A stretch of DNA of 64,000 nt from assembly GCA_020633625.1 (NCBI GenBank), contig JACKDJ010000023.1, positions 531 to 64,530 of the forward strand. Reading direction: 5' to 3'. This stretch comes from Myxococcales bacterium. GTDB lineage: Bacteria > Myxococcota_A > Bradymonadia > REDH01. Positions 49,998 through 60,442 of this stretch are shown one piece after another (within the stretch, counting starts at the first letter, position 1; each line of letters opens with the position of its first letter). The position numbers and the translations under genes were made by a program. The notes beneath the pieces are model-generated. The model ran no database searches and was not told the DNA's origin. It worked only from the letters and a program-made list of their open reading frames with translations.

Positions 49998-50810
49998 ATG
50001 GATCCCGAGCAGTTCGCGAACATCGTCAGCGAGTACGTCGTCGCCTTTGGCAGCAAGGTCCTGATCGCCATCGTCCTGTGGGTCGTTGGGCGGTGGCTCA
50101 TCGGCGTGGCGGGTCGGTTCATTCAGCGCTCGCTCGAGAGCCAGAAGGTCGACCCGACCGTGCTGCGCTACGTCGGCAGCATCATCAACGTCGCGCTGAA
50201 CATCGTCCTGCTCATCGGGATCCTCGGCTACTTTGGCGTCGAGACGACGTCGTTCGCGGCCGTGATCGCGGCGGCCGGCGTCGCGATCGGCATGGCGTGG
50301 GCGGGTCTGCTCGCGAACTTCGCCGCCGGCGCGTTCCTGATGGTCCTGCGTCCGTTCAAGGTCGGCGACTTCATCACGGCGGGCGGCGTGACGGGGACCG
50401 TCAAGGAGGTGGGCCTGTTCGCGACGACGGTCAACACGATGGACAACGTGCTGACCATCGTCGGCAACAACTCGATCTTCTCGGGCAACATCCAGAACTT
50501 CACGGCAAACCCGCATCGGCGTGTCGAGCTCACGTGTCAGCTCAACGGCGCGGTCGACGTGGCGCAGGCAATCGAGGTCCTCAAGCGCGAGGTCGCCACG
50601 ATCCCGAACGTGCTCGCCGACCCCGCCCCGTCGGTCGACATCCTCGAGTTCAACCTCGTCGGCCCGGTCCTCGCGGTGCGGCCGCACTGCCACAACGACG
50701 ACTACTGGCAGGTGTACTTCGAGACGAACCGCGTGATTCGCGAGGCGCCGATCAAGGCCGGCTTCCCGGCCCCGATGCCCGCCCAGACGGTGTTCGTGAA
50801 GAACAACTGA
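49998..50810 (+). CDS. Small-conductance mechanosensitive channel (MscS family)
   Basis: In-frame part of ORF 49869..50810, starting at ATG 49998 with GAAGGA upstream. It has three N-terminal TM helices and an MscS beta-domain (FKVGDFITAGGVTGTVKEVGLFATTVNTMDN). Confidence 0.85.
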   Translation: MDPEQFANIVSEYVVAFGSKVLIAIVLWVVGRWLIGVAGRFIQRSLESQKVDPTVLRYVGSIINVALNIVLLIGILGYFGVETTSFAAVIAAAGVAIGMAWAGLLANFAAGAFLMVLRPFKVGDFITAGGVTGTVKEVGLFATTVNTMDNVLTIVGNNSIFSGNIQNFTANPHRRVELTCQLNGAVDVAQAIEVLKREVATIPNVLADPAPSVDILEFNLVGPVLAVRPHCHNDDYWQVYFETNRVIREAPIKAGFPAPMPAQTVFVKNN

Positions 50811-50897
50811 CGCGACTCGCGTGGCCTCGCCGTCGGGTTCCGCCGGGACTGGCGCCGGCGGCCCGCTCCGCGCCGCGCAGGATGTGCCCAGTGCGGC

Positions 50898-51599
50898 CTA
50901 CAGCCGGTGGTCCACCTCGAGCGCCCACCGGCCCTGGCGAGTCGGCTGCTGCACCGCCCGGGCCAGGCGCTCGAGATATTGCGCGCGCGGCTCTGTATGG
51001 GCGCCGAGTGACTCTAGATGGCTCGTGTGGAGCTGGCAGTCGAGGAAGTCGAAGCCCCACGCCTCGAGCTGCCGAGCCAGCGTGACGAACGCGAGCTTCG
51101 ACGCTCCCGTTCGGCGGTGGAACATCGACTCGCCGCAGAACATCGCGCCGAGTGAGACGCCGTACAGTCCGCCGATGAGCTCGCCGGCGCTCCATACCTC
51201 CACCGAGTGCGCGACCCCGACCTCGTGCAGCTCCGTGTACGCGTCGCGGATGCCGTGCGTGATCCAGGTCCCCGGCTGTCCGGGTCGCGGGACGCGCGCG
51301 CACTCCGCGACCACACGTTCGAACGCTTCGTCCATGCTCACGCGGAGATCGGGCGCCCGGCTCTCCTTGCGCATGCTCCGCGAGACCCGGAGGTCGGTCC
51401 AGTCCAAGACCATACGCGGGTCGGGCGAGAACCAGGCGAGCGGGGCGCCCTTGATCGGCCACGGGAAGATCCCGCGGGCGTAGGCAGCGACCACCCGCCG
51501 CGGAGAGAGGTCGCCGCCGACTGCGACGAGGCCGTCGGGGTGATCCGCGAGCGCCGGATCCGGAAAGTCCGGCTCGCTACCGAGCAGATGGATCCGCAT
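50898..51599 (-). CDS. aat: Leucyl/phenylalanyl-tRNA--protein transferase
   Basis: 233-aa ORF with LVAVGGDLSPRRVVAAYARGIFPW, SMRK, EVWSAGELIGGLYGVSLGAMFCGESMF, and LDCQ near the C-terminus. Confidence 0.88.
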   Translation of the reverse strand: MRIHLLGSEPDFPDPALADHPDGLVAVGGDLSPRRVVAAYARGIFPWPIKGAPLAWFSPDPRMVLDWTDLRVSRSMRKESRAPDLRVSMDEAFERVVAECARVPRPGQPGTWITHGIRDAYTELHEVGVAHSVEVWSAGELIGGLYGVSLGAMFCGESMFHRRTGASKLAFVTLARQLEAWGFDFLDCQLHTSHLESLGAHTEPRAQYLERLARAVQQPTRQGRWALEVDHRL

Positions 51600-51663
51600 C
51601 GACGCTCGTTGTAGGGTCGAGACCCTCGCGGCTCTCCAGGTCCGAGTTCACTTCGGCAACGCC

Positions 51664-53709
51664 ATGTCTCGCTGGACCGTCATCGTCGCCATCGTCGCCG
51701 GTCTCCTCGCAGGCTGCAACCGGCACGCGCCCACCCCCGAGTCCACACAGGAGCCTGCGGTCGTCGATGGCTCGTCGCCGGAAGCGGTCGCCGAGGTCGC
51801 GCCCGCGGTGCCGGTCCCGCCGACTCCGCCGCCGATCCCCGCCGCGCGGCCCGACGCTCTCGCTGCGCCCCTCGGTGACGCGGCGGTTACCGTCCTCGTC
51901 GATGCCGCCGCCCTGCGGGCGTGGACGGCGCGGGCCGGGTGGGACGCGTCTTCGGGTGCTGCAGTCGACACGTGGCTCGCCAGCGCCGTCGCCGACGCGG
52001 CGCCGCTGACGGCGTCTGCGCAAGATGGCGCTCGCGACCCCATCCGGTTCTCGGCTTCCCCCGCGCGCGTGGCGATCGGGCTGACCGAGGGCGTCTCTTC
52101 GACGCTGGTGGCAGACGCCCCGATCGTGGCCCCGATCGGCGTCGTCGACGACGCTGGCGACGGGCTACAGCGCCTGCGACTCGCGCCCCCGACGCCAGAC
52201 GACGGCTCTGGCGCGGCAGCCGTCGCAGACGGGCCGACGGAAGCCAACGCGACGCTGCTGGCGGCGCTGCCGGCGGACGCGATGGTGACCGTCCTCGTCC
52301 CGTCGCTCGAGCGAGCGCCAGCCACCGCGCGCGACGCCATCTCGGCGATCGCCGAGGCGGGAGCGACGGGCTTCGGCGTCGCGCTGCGGCCCGACGGCTC
52401 GATGGTCGGCGCCATCGCCGCCGCAGACGAGGCGGCGGTGCGGCGCGCGCTCGGTCGAGGTCAGGCTTTTGTCAGCATGGCGCTTGGCCAGCTTCGCGGC
52501 GACGCGAGCCCGGAGCTCGGCGGCTGGGTGACGTACCTGAACCGAGCCACACAGGCCCTGTTCGCGCGGGTCTCGGTCGAGGCCGAGCCGTGGGGCGTCG
52601 CCCTCACGATCCCTCCGCCGACGTGCGGCGGTCCGATGAGGAATCTCACCGCTGCTGCGCTCGTGTTTGGTGCCGCCGAGTGGGCGTCGCGCGATCCGGC
52701 CGCCCGTCCGGCCGAGTATGTGGCGATGGACGCTCAGCTCGCGGAGGGCTGCCCGGCGATGCCCGGCCCGCCCGCGACCTTGCCTGGCCGGTACGCGCGG
52801 CTCGCCGACGCGCCGTCGGACGTGCGCTCGACGCTCATCGTCGTCGATCTCGCCGCCACGCTGCGCGCTGGACTGCCGACTGGCTTCGGGCTGCTGCCGT
52901 TCGCGCTCGATCCCGCCGCGATCGACTCGATGTTTGGTGCTCGGCCGATGGGCTGGTCGGGTCTCGACGCCACAGACGCGCACCTCGCCGTCGCGATGGA
53001 GCGGCTCGACGGCTCGACGGCGCCGCCGCGCATGGGCGCCTTGATGCCGGCGGCCACCGCCGCGCTGTTTGGCGAGGGATCGATCGACCGCATGACCCCG
53101 ACCGCGCCGGTCGGCGTAGAGGCCGGCTTTGCGACCCCCGGGTTCGACCTCGCTGCGCGCATGTCTGCCGAGGGTTCCGACGTGCTCCCTGCCGCGGACG
53201 GCGCGGTCGCCGCGGTGTGGTTGGGGCCGGCCTTCTTGACCCACTGGGCGCTGCGCACGCCGAGTGAGGCATCGCTGCGCCCCGTGCTGGAGCGCGCCAC
53301 CGGGCTGGTGATCGCGCTGCTTCCGTCGGGCCGCGTGCGGGCGACGCTGGTCGGCGCCGGACTCGACGGCGCGCTCGAGGCAAAGCTGGCGCTGACCGAC
53401 GGCGCGGTGGCGCTCGCGTCGTCGTCGGGCTCGGGCAACCCGGTCACGCCCGCTCAGATCGGCGAGCGTGTGGCTGCACTCTCCCGCGCGCTCGACGCGC
53501 TCGACATCAACACACGCGATGGGGACCTCGTCGTCGAAGGTCCTCTCACGAGCGCGCCGGTCCTTGCCGCGCTGATTCGGATCGGATTGCCGTCCCTTGC
53601 CGGGCTCAGCGGGCGCGGGCACATTCCGCTGCCGCTACCCCCGAACGCCGGGACGCCGTTCCGTCCCGCCTCCGCTCCCCCGCAGCCGTCGCGCACGACA
53701 GGTCCGTAG
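51664..53709 (+). CDS. Hypothetical lipoprotein (Ala/Gly/Pro-rich, no recognised domain)
   Basis: 681-aa ORF. The N-terminus is MSRWTVIVAIVAGLLAGC (lipobox). The opposite-strand ORFs look like Arg-rich GC artefacts. Confidence 0.5.
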   Translation: MSRWTVIVAIVAGLLAGCNRHAPTPESTQEPAVVDGSSPEAVAEVAPAVPVPPTPPPIPAARPDALAAPLGDAAVTVLVDAAALRAWTARAGWDASSGAAVDTWLASAVADAAPLTASAQDGARDPIRFSASPARVAIGLTEGVSSTLVADAPIVAPIGVVDDAGDGLQRLRLAPPTPDDGSGAAAVADGPTEANATLLAALPADAMVTVLVPSLERAPATARDAISAIAEAGATGFGVALRPDGSMVGAIAAADEAAVRRALGRGQAFVSMALGQLRGDASPELGGWVTYLNRATQALFARVSVEAEPWGVALTIPPPTCGGPMRNLTAAALVFGAAEWASRDPAARPAEYVAMDAQLAEGCPAMPGPPATLPGRYARLADAPSDVRSTLIVVDLAATLRAGLPTGFGLLPFALDPAAIDSMFGARPMGWSGLDATDAHLAVAMERLDGSTAPPRMGALMPAATAALFGEGSIDRMTPTAPVGVEAGFATPGFDLAARMSAEGSDVLPAADGAVAAVWLGPAFLTHWALRTPSEASLRPVLERATGLVIALLPSGRVRATLVGAGLDGALEAKLALTDGAVALASSSGSGNPVTPAQIGERVAALSRALDALDINTRDGDLVVEGPLTSAPVLAALIRIGLPSLAGLSGRGHIPLPLPPNAGTPFRPASAPPQPSRTTGP

Positions 53710-53748
53710 CCGCGCGGCCGCCGGGGGCCGGGCGTGCTTGCTGTGGTT

Positions 53749-53826
53749 GCCTGCTGCCCCTCGCCGGCGTGACTGCCTACTGCCCCTCGCCGGCGTGACT
53801 GCCTACTGCCCCTCGCCGGCGCACCG
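53749..53826. repeat. 26-nt tandem triplication spanning the stop codon of the 1603-aa gene
   Basis: The three copies are GCCTGCTGCCCCTCGCCGGCGTGACT (53749-53774), GCCTACTGCCCCTCGCCGGCGTGACT (53775-53800) and GCCTACTGCCCCTCGCCGGCGCACCG (53801-53826). The third copy contains the real stop (CTA at 53803-53805). Confidence 0.85.
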
Positions 53827-56800
53827 CGTCTGCTCGACGATGACGATCTCGACGCGCCGGTTGCGGGCGCGTCCCTCTTCGCTCGAGTTGTCCGCGATGG
53901 GGCGGCTCTCTCCGTAGCCGACGGACTCGACGCGCCCGGCGTCGAGCCCGTGCTCGACGAGGTAGCGCTCCACGCTCGCCGCGCGGCGGCGCGACAGGTC
54001 TTCGTTGTACTCATCGGCGCCCTGGTCGTCTGTGTGGCCCTCGACACGCACGAGCCGCACGTGTTGGGCGGCGTCGAGCGCTGCGGCGACGGCGTCGAGG
54101 AGGGGGAAGGAGCGCTCCTCGATCACGTCGCTGTCGAACTCGAAGTACACGCGGTCGCCGAGCTCCACCGCGTCGCACGTCACGAGGACCAAGCCGCCCT
54201 CGTCGGGGCACCCGTCGGTGTCGTCGATGCCGTTGAAGCGCTCCGGCTCGAGCGGGCACATATCGTACTCGTCGAGGACCGAGTCGAAGTCGTTGTCGGG
54301 CTCGGGGCAGCCGTCCTCGTCTTGCCAGCCGTCGAAGTCCTCGGGCTGGAGCGGGCACGGGTCGTTGACGTCGAGGATGCCGTCGCCGTCGTTGTCGGGG
54401 TCCGGACACCCGTCGGAGTCCTGGAACCCGTCGGCGTCTTCGGGCTGCAGGGGGCACTCGTCGTCTTCGTCGAGGATGCCGTCGCCGTCGTTGTCGGGGT
54501 CTGGGCAGCCGTCTTCGTCTTCGAAGCCGTCTCGGTCTTCGCGGACGTCGGGGCACGAGTCGAGGCTGTCGCGGATGCGATCACCGTCGCGGTCATCGTC
54601 GTCGAGGACGGGTCCAAACGTGACGCCCGCGAGGAGCCGCCAGTCGGGCGCGCCGAAGCCCTCGACGAGCCCCGTGCCGGCGGCGACCTCGAGCAGAGCA
54701 CCCCCGCCGAGGGCGGCCTTCAGTCCGACGAGGAGCTCGATCGGGTTCTCTTCGGACCCGAACCCGTCTGCGAGCACCGACGACGCCCCTGTGATCTCGG
54801 GAGCGAGGGCGATGGACCCCGAGACGGGGACGACCGCGCCGACGCCCCACGTGAAGACGTCGTTGACGCCCACGTCGAGGAAGTCTGCGCGTTGACGAAA
54901 AGCCCAGCCGAAGTTCCCGACGATGTGTGTTCCGCCGGCGAAGCCATAGTCGAGCGCAAGCCGCGGCTCTATGCGGAGGTCGCCGCCTTGGAACGCGTCC
55001 TCGTCTCCGGTCGGCAGCTTGGCGTCGATCAGCGCTGCGAGCGCGAGGCCCTCGTCGCCGTGGCCCAGGAGCTGCAACCGTGGCACGAGACGCACGTCGC
55101 CGACGCCAAACCCGGCGTCATCGAACGGTGCGTCGCCGGACTGAATGAGCGTAAGAGGCACGGCGACGCCGACCTCGAAGCGATCGGCGAGCGAGAACGC
55201 GCCGAGCAGGTTCAGGGTGAGCTGACCGTGGACGACCGAGAGAAACCGGTCTCCGTTGCCGTCTTCGACGACGAACGGGTCGTCTGCGTAGTCGAGCGTC
55301 GCGCCGGCCTCCCATGACCCGCGCGGCGCGAGTCGAGCCGTCGACAGGCCAAACACGGCGGCCCGCTGCGATGGCATCGGCGCAAAGCCGTGCGTGTCGA
55401 AGCCGTCGACGGACTGTGCCCCCGACGGCGCAGGGGCCGCGAGCGCGACGACTGTCGCGCCGAGCGCCGCGGCGCGCGCGGAGCCCGTTCGTCGCCGGCC
55501 GCCGCGCACGACGAGCAGCGCGGTGAGTAGAATCAGCCCGCCCGCCAGCGGTGCGTGTGGCGCCGATCCGGAGGCCGCGCAACCAAACAGAGTGCCGCCC
55601 CGGGCGTGCGCACCGTCTGGCCACACGAAGCCGTCGGGCCGGTTCGGGTCGGTCTCGCCATCGTCGACCTGCCCGTCGTGGTTGGTGTCTTCGTCGCCGT
55701 CGTCGACGCCGTCATCGTCGGTGTCGGGATCGGTCGGGTCGGTGGTGGTCGTCGGGTCTTCGTCCGGGACACACAAGCCGAGGCTCATGTCGGTGTCGTC
55801 TCCGACCTCGTCCTCGCTGACCCCGAGCTCGGTGCCATCGTAGATGCCGTCGCGATCGGTGTCGGGCTGGAGTGGGTCGGTGCCGACCTCGCGCTCGCGG
55901 CCGTCGTCGACGCAGTCGTCGTCAGTGTCGGCGTCGTTGGGGTTCGTCTCGCCGATGTCGTGGTTGCCATCGCCGTCGAGATCTTCACCGGCGTCGCAGA
56001 CGTCGATGACGGTCCCGGCTCCGTCGCACAGTCCGTCGCCGTCTGTGTCGGGGTTGCGCGGGTCGGTCGGGTTGTCGCCGTTGACCTCGACGCCGTCGAT
56101 GATGCCGTCGTCGTCGGTGTCGGGGTCGTTGGGGTCGGTGCCGATGACGTTCTCTTCGCCGGTCGTGAGGCCGTCGTCGTCGGGGTCTTCGTCGAAGACC
56201 AGGTCGTCTGAGGGGTCGAGCGGATCGGTGCCGTTGGTCAGCACCTCGGTGCCGTCTGGGACGGTCCCGCCGTCGGTGTCGGCGTTGTTTGGATCGGTCT
56301 CGTCGGCGTCGCGCGTGCCGTCCGCATCGAGATCCTCGCCGCCGACACACACGCCGTCGACGTCGCTCGGCCCGTCGCAGAGGCCGTCGTCGTCGGAGTC
56401 GGGGTCGAGCGGGTCGGTCGCGTTGTCGCCGTGCACCTCGGTGCCGTCGACGATGCCGTCGTCGTCGGAGTCGGGGTCGAGCGGGTCGGTCCCGGCGGCA
56501 GCTTCGTCTTCGTTGATCAGCCCGTCGTGGTCTGGGTCGCCGCCGCGGTCGTCGCCGCCGTAGAGCGGGTCGGTCGCGTCGTCGAGGACCTCGTCGCCGT
56601 CGCCGACGCCGCCGTTGTCGGTGTCGAAGGCGTTTGGATCGGTCTCGTCGTCGTCGAGCACGCCGTCGGCGTCGCGGTCCTCGCCTCCGACGCAGACGTC
56701 GACGACGTCGTTGGGCCCGTCGCAGAGCCGGTCGTCGTCGGAGTCGGGATCGAGGGGGTCGGTGGGGTTGTCGCCGTGCACTTCGGTGCCGTCGAGGATG

Positions 56801-58614
56801 CCGTCACCGTCGGTGTCGGGGACGTCGACGTCGGTGCCGACGTCGCGCTCCTCGCCATTGTCGAGCCCGTCGCCGTCGTCGTCGGCGTCGAGGTCACGCC
56901 CGCCGCGCGTCGCGCCGAGCTCGGACGTCTGTGCGGCGAGCGTCGCGGTGGCGCTGACGACGACGGGGCCCGAGATGACGCCGTCGTTCGGGAGCACAAA
57001 GCGGAAGCGTCGCTCGGCGCCGCTGGTCGCCGCGTCGAGGTCGGCGAGCGAGCCCTCGACGCCCTCGCCGAGCCAGCGCTCGCCCTCTCCGAACCCGGTG
57101 GGGTCGCTGGCATCCGAGGCGAAGAAGTCGAGCGTGGCGCCGGCCGGAGCGGTGCCCTCGACGATGATGGTGTCACCGTCGCGGTAGAACGCCTCGGTGA
57201 CGACCGGGAAGTTCTGTAGGCCGTTTGGTCCGTCGTCGGAGTCGCCGTCGTCGTTGAGGGTGGGGCCATCGCCGTCGAGGTCGATGGCCAGCGCGCCGTT
57301 GTCGCGGAACGTGTTTGCACGCACCGCGACCGTCGAGGCGCCGCGCACGACAACGCCCGCCTGTGTGTTCGTCGCGATCGCGTTTCCGGCACCGACGCTG
57401 CCGATCGAGAGGCCGGTCGAGTCGACGATCTCGACGCCCGGTCCGACGTTGCCGAGCTCGGCGCCGCCGCTGTCGGTACCGATGGTGTTCGCGAGGAGGG
57501 TCGCGTCGGTCGCACCGGCGATCAGGACCCCACCGGCGCCGTTTCCGCAGATCGCGTTGCCCGCGCCGACGTCACCGACCTCGACGCCCGGCGCGAGCTG
57601 CACTCGGACGCCGACGCCGGCGTTTGGGATCGTCGCTGCGGTGGAGCGGGCGAGGCCGACTCGGTTGTCGACGAGCCGCGCCCGTCGGCCGGCGGCGCGG
57701 ACGATCGACACGCCGTCCTCGCTGTTTCCAGAGATGACGTTCCCATCGAGCAGCGCGTCGGCGGCTCCCTCGACCAGCACGCCGGAGCCGGCGTTGGCGA
57801 GCGCAGCGGCGCCCGATGCGTCGACGCCGATGAGGTTGTCGCGCACCACACAGAGCTCGGCGCCGTCTCCGAGCTGGACGCCGTCTTCGCCGTTGGCCGA
57901 GATCACGTTCCGCTCGACGAGGTTGCCGGGGGCGCCGTCGAGCCTGACCCCGGCGTCACCGTTCCCGAGGGCGGTGCGGCCAAGGGGACCGACGCCGATG
58001 TAGTTGCCGGTGATGTCGTTGTTTGTTGCGCCGTCGCCGGAGATGACGACGCCGAAGTCGTCGTTCGCAGAGATGATGTTGCGCGTCAGCGGCGTGGTGC
58101 CGCCGACTACGTTGTCGGGCACTCCGACGATGGAGACGCCAAACCGACCATTCCCGGCGGCGGCTCCGGCCGGCGTGATGCCGATCCAGCACCCCTCGAC
58201 GCGGTTCCCGCCCCGCGTGCGGACGAGGATGCCGCCGTTCGAGAAGTTGACGATCGAGATGCCGCGAACGGTCGAGGCGCCGCCGATGAGCTCGAGCCCG
58301 GTGGCGCCGACGAGGGACGCGCCGTCGAGCACGACCGTTGGGACGCCGCCGTCGGCGACGGTCCCCGAGGCGTCGATAGTGACGGCGACGCTGACGGGCG
58401 GCAGGGGCGTGATCAGGCGGATCGGACCCGACAGCGGGTCGACGATGATCGTGTGCGGTCCGGCCCCGGCTCCATTCACCTGCTCGATCGCCGAGCGAAG
58501 CGAGCCCGCGCCGGAGTTGCTCGAGCTCGTGACGCGGACCTCGATCGCGCCTGCCGGTGCGGCGAGGACGAGGAGGACGAGGGGGAGAAGCGAGACGATT
58601 CGCGAGACGCGCAT
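53803..58614 (-). CDS. Giant exported protein: parallel beta-helix repeats, thrombospondin type-3 repeats, internal MYXO-CTERM-like anchor, beta-barrel-like region, more TSP3 repeats, C-terminal OmpA domain
   Basis: 1603-aa ORF. The signal peptide is [23 protein letters not shown]. PbH1-like repeats include [13 protein letters not shown] and [14 protein letters not shown]. There are many DxDxDGxxDxxE repeats. The OmpA C-terminus is [27 protein letters not shown]...NRRVEIVI. Confidence 0.85.
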   Translation of the reverse strand: MRVSRIVSLLPLVLLVLAAPAGAIEVRVTSSSNSGAGSLRSAIEQVNGAGAGPHTIIVDPLSGPIRLITPLPPVSVAVTIDASGTVADGGVPTVVLDGASLVGATGLELIGGASTVRGISIVNFSNGGILVRTRGGNRVEGCWIGITPAGAAAGNGRFGVSIVGVPDNVVGGTTPLTRNIISANDDFGVVISGDGATNNDITGNYIGVGPLGRTALGNGDAGVRLDGAPGNLVERNVISANGEDGVQLGDGAELCVVRDNLIGVDASGAAALANAGSGVLVEGAADALLDGNVISGNSEDGVSIVRAAGRRARLVDNRVGLARSTAATIPNAGVGVRVQLAPGVEVGDVGAGNAICGNGAGGVLIAGATDATLLANTIGTDSGGAELGNVGPGVEIVDSTGLSIGSVGAGNAIATNTQAGVVVRGASTVAVRANTFRDNGALAIDLDGDGPTLNDDGDSDDGPNGLQNFPVVTEAFYRDGDTIIVEGTAPAGATLDFFASDASDPTGFGEGERWLGEGVEGSLADLDAATSGAERRFRFVLPNDGVISGPVVVSATATLAAQTSELGATRGGRDLDADDDGDGLDNGEERDVGTDVDVPDTDGDGILDGTEVHGDNPTDPLDPDSDDDRLCDGPNDVVDVCVGGEDRDADGVLDDDETDPNAFDTDNGGVGDGDEVLDDATDPLYGGDDRGGDPDHDGLINEDEAAAGTDPLDPDSDDDGIVDGTEVHGDNATDPLDPDSDDDGLCDGPSDVDGVCVGGEDLDADGTRDADETDPNNADTDGGTVPDGTEVLTNGTDPLDPSDDLVFDEDPDDDGLTTGEENVIGTDPNDPDTDDDGIIDGVEVNGDNPTDPRNPDTDGDGLCDGAGTVIDVCDAGEDLDGDGNHDIGETNPNDADTDDDCVDDGREREVGTDPLQPDTDRDGIYDGTELGVSEDEVGDDTDMSLGLCVPDEDPTTTTDPTDPDTDDDGVDDGDEDTNHDGQVDDGETDPNRPDGFVWPDGAHARGGTLFGCAASGSAPHAPLAGGLILLTALLVVRGGRRRTGSARAAALGATVVALAAPAPSGAQSVDGFDTHGFAPMPSQRAAVFGLSTARLAPRGSWEAGATLDYADDPFVVEDGNGDRFLSVVHGQLTLNLLGAFSLADRFEVGVAVPLTLIQSGDAPFDDAGFGVGDVRLVPRLQLLGHGDEGLALAALIDAKLPTGDEDAFQGGDLRIEPRLALDYGFAGGTHIVGNFGWAFRQRADFLDVGVNDVFTWGVGAVVPVSGSIALAPEITGASSVLADGFGSEENPIELLVGLKAALGGGALLEVAAGTGLVEGFGAPDWRLLAGVTFGPVLDDDDRDGDRIRDSLDSCPDVREDRDGFEDEDGCPDPDNDGDGILDEDDECPLQPEDADGFQDSDGCPDPDNDGDGILDVNDPCPLQPEDFDGWQDEDGCPEPDNDFDSVLDEYDMCPLEPERFNGIDDTDGCPDEGGLVLVTCDAVELGDRVYFEFDSDVIEERSFPLLDAVAAALDAAQHVRLVRVEGHTDDQGADEYNEDLSRRRAASVERYLVEHGLDAGRVESVGYGESRPIADNSSEEGRARNRRVEIVIVEQTRCAGEGQ

Positions 58615-58839
58615 GGCACTGCGAGGTGAGAGCGACGGGCCGAGATTGGCAGTGTCGCACGCTCGCCGTGGGTGTGGGACAAGTCAAAAATCCGCCGCGT
58701 TGCGCAGTGCCGCGCCTACACGCGCCACTCGCGACTGCAGCCACTCGTCACCGCCCCCTCGCGCCCGGCCGTGGGGGTTGACCGACCGACAGGGAGGCGC
58801 GACAGTCTAGCGTCGCCGAAACCCAACCTTGGAGTCGAG

Positions 58840-60405
58840 ATGAAGCGCACGAATGCTGGAGTGAGCCGCCGCGCCTGGATCAAGTCTGTCGGCGCCGTCG
58901 CGGCGGGCGCCGCGCTCGGTACCACCGGATGCGCTGACGACGCGGCCGGCGAAGACGGGTCGATCGACGCGGGGTTCGGCGACGCAGATGGTGGTGGGGG
59001 AGACTCGGGCGGTGGCGTCGACACGGGCAGAGACGCGGTCACAGATGCGGTCAGCGACGCGGCGGCCGACACTCCGGTGGGCCCGCCTCCGGCGCTGCAG
59101 CCGGTCCGCGGCGACGGGTCGCACCCGTACCACTACATCGACAACATCGTGATCGTTCAGATGGAGAACCGGTCGTTCGACCACATGTTCGGCGCCCGCT
59201 CGTTGCTCGAGGGGATGGCCGAGGTCGACGGGCTCCGCGAGGGGATGTCGAACACGACTTCGAGCGGCCGCGTGGTGCCGATCTCGCTGCTGTCGGAGGA
59301 CTGGAAGTTCGACCCGGACCCTTCGCACAGCCACAGCGGCTCGGTGGAGCAGTGGAACGGCGGCGCAAACGACGGGTTCGTTCGCAACTTCGAGCGGCTG
59401 CTGAACGCGAGCAACTACGAGGAGAAGATCGAGTCGATCATGGGCTACTACTCGCGGGCGCAGCTCCCCGCGTCGTACGGGCTCGCCGACAGCTTCACGA
59501 TCTGCGACCGCTGGTTCTGCTCCGTCCTCGGCCCCACGTGGCCCAACCGCTTCTTCAGCCACGCGGCGAGCTCGGACGGGCAGTGGGGGAACGACCTCGC
59601 GCTGAACGCGAAGACGCCATACACATACGCGATGGACGCCGGCTTGACGTTCGGGGTGTACCACTACGCGTTCTACTTCTTCCAACTCCTGGTCAACGAC
59701 ACGGCGGCGGGCAGCTACCCGCATGGCGACATGGATGCGTTCTTCACCGCGGCCGCCGAGGGGACGCTCCCGAACATCACGATCGTCGAGCCGGACTACG
59801 CGCTAAACGACGACCACCCGCCGCACGACGTCCGCCTGGGACAGGCCTTCGTGCAGAGCGTCTACGAGGCGCTGCGACAGTCGCCGCAATGGGAGCGGAC
59901 GCTGATGGTGGTCCTGTACGACGAGCACGGCGGGTTCTTCGACCATGTGGCGCCGCCGACTACTCAGGGCGACGAGCGCGAAGCCGAAGGGTTCGGACAG
60001 CTCGGCTTTCGCGTGCCGGGCATGCTGATCGGGCCGCTCGTGAAGCGCGGCCACGTGATGCACACCGTGGTCGACCACTCGTCGGTCCCGGCGCTGATCA
60101 GCCGGGTGTTTGGTCTGCCGTTCGTGAACCGGCGCGCGGAGCTTTCCGGCGACTTCGTCGACGCGTTCGACCTGGAGCTGACGCTCGACGCGGCGCGGCC
60201 CGCGCCGCCGATCCTGCCGCCACTCGAGTTCCAAATGGACAAGCTCCGCCACGCGCTGACGCTGCCCTCCGGCCAGCCGGAGCTCGAGGCTTACGCGCGG
60301 CGGCACTTCGGCCTCGACGACGGCGGGTTCAGCGGGCGAATGCGCGTGCTGGAGCGGTATCTTCGTCAGCTCGAGCGGCTGCGCGTGGCGACGGTGCGGG
60401 GCTAG
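58840..60405 (+). CDS. Phosphoesterase-family protein (phospholipase C / AcpA acid phosphatase type), Tat-signal lipoprotein
   Basis: In-frame part of ORF 58672..60405, starting at ATG 58840 with GGAG upstream. It has a Tat motif (SRRAWIKS), a lipobox (GTTGC), and the family signature IVQMENRSFDHMFG. Confidence 0.8.
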   Translation: MKRTNAGVSRRAWIKSVGAVAAGAALGTTGCADDAAGEDGSIDAGFGDADGGGGDSGGGVDTGRDAVTDAVSDAAADTPVGPPPALQPVRGDGSHPYHYIDNIVIVQMENRSFDHMFGARSLLEGMAEVDGLREGMSNTTSSGRVVPISLLSEDWKFDPDPSHSHSGSVEQWNGGANDGFVRNFERLLNASNYEEKIESIMGYYSRAQLPASYGLADSFTICDRWFCSVLGPTWPNRFFSHAASSDGQWGNDLALNAKTPYTYAMDAGLTFGVYHYAFYFFQLLVNDTAAGSYPHGDMDAFFTAAAEGTLPNITIVEPDYALNDDHPPHDVRLGQAFVQSVYEALRQSPQWERTLMVVLYDEHGGFFDHVAPPTTQGDEREAEGFGQLGFRVPGMLIGPLVKRGHVMHTVVDHSSVPALISRVFGLPFVNRRAELSGDFVDAFDLELTLDAARPAPPILPPLEFQMDKLRHALTLPSGQPELEAYARRHFGLDDGGFSGRMRVLERYLRQLERLRVATVRG

Positions 60406-60406
60406 G

Positions 60407-60438
60407 CAGTCGGGCGGCCGCGCCGTCGTCGCCGACTG
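60407..60438. terminator. Imperfect stem-loop between convergent genes (candidate bidirectional terminator)
   Basis: CAGTCGGGCG (60407-60416) pairs with CGCCGACTG (60430-60438), with one bulged G. It lies between the stops at 60405 (+) and 60443 (-). There is no clear U tract. Confidence 0.3.
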
Positions 60439-60442
60439 ACGC

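Noticed and set aside
50811-50897. Terminator hairpin between MscS and aat (CGCGA-C-TCGCG)
   Set aside because: The stem is 5 bp with a 1-nt loop, which is sterically implausible, and there is no U tract.
55600-57000. Highly repetitive GAC/GTC-rich DNA as a non-coding satellite
   Set aside because: It is in frame within the 1603-aa ORF and encodes thrombospondin type-3 Ca-binding repeats (DxDxDGxxDxxE). It is coding repetition.
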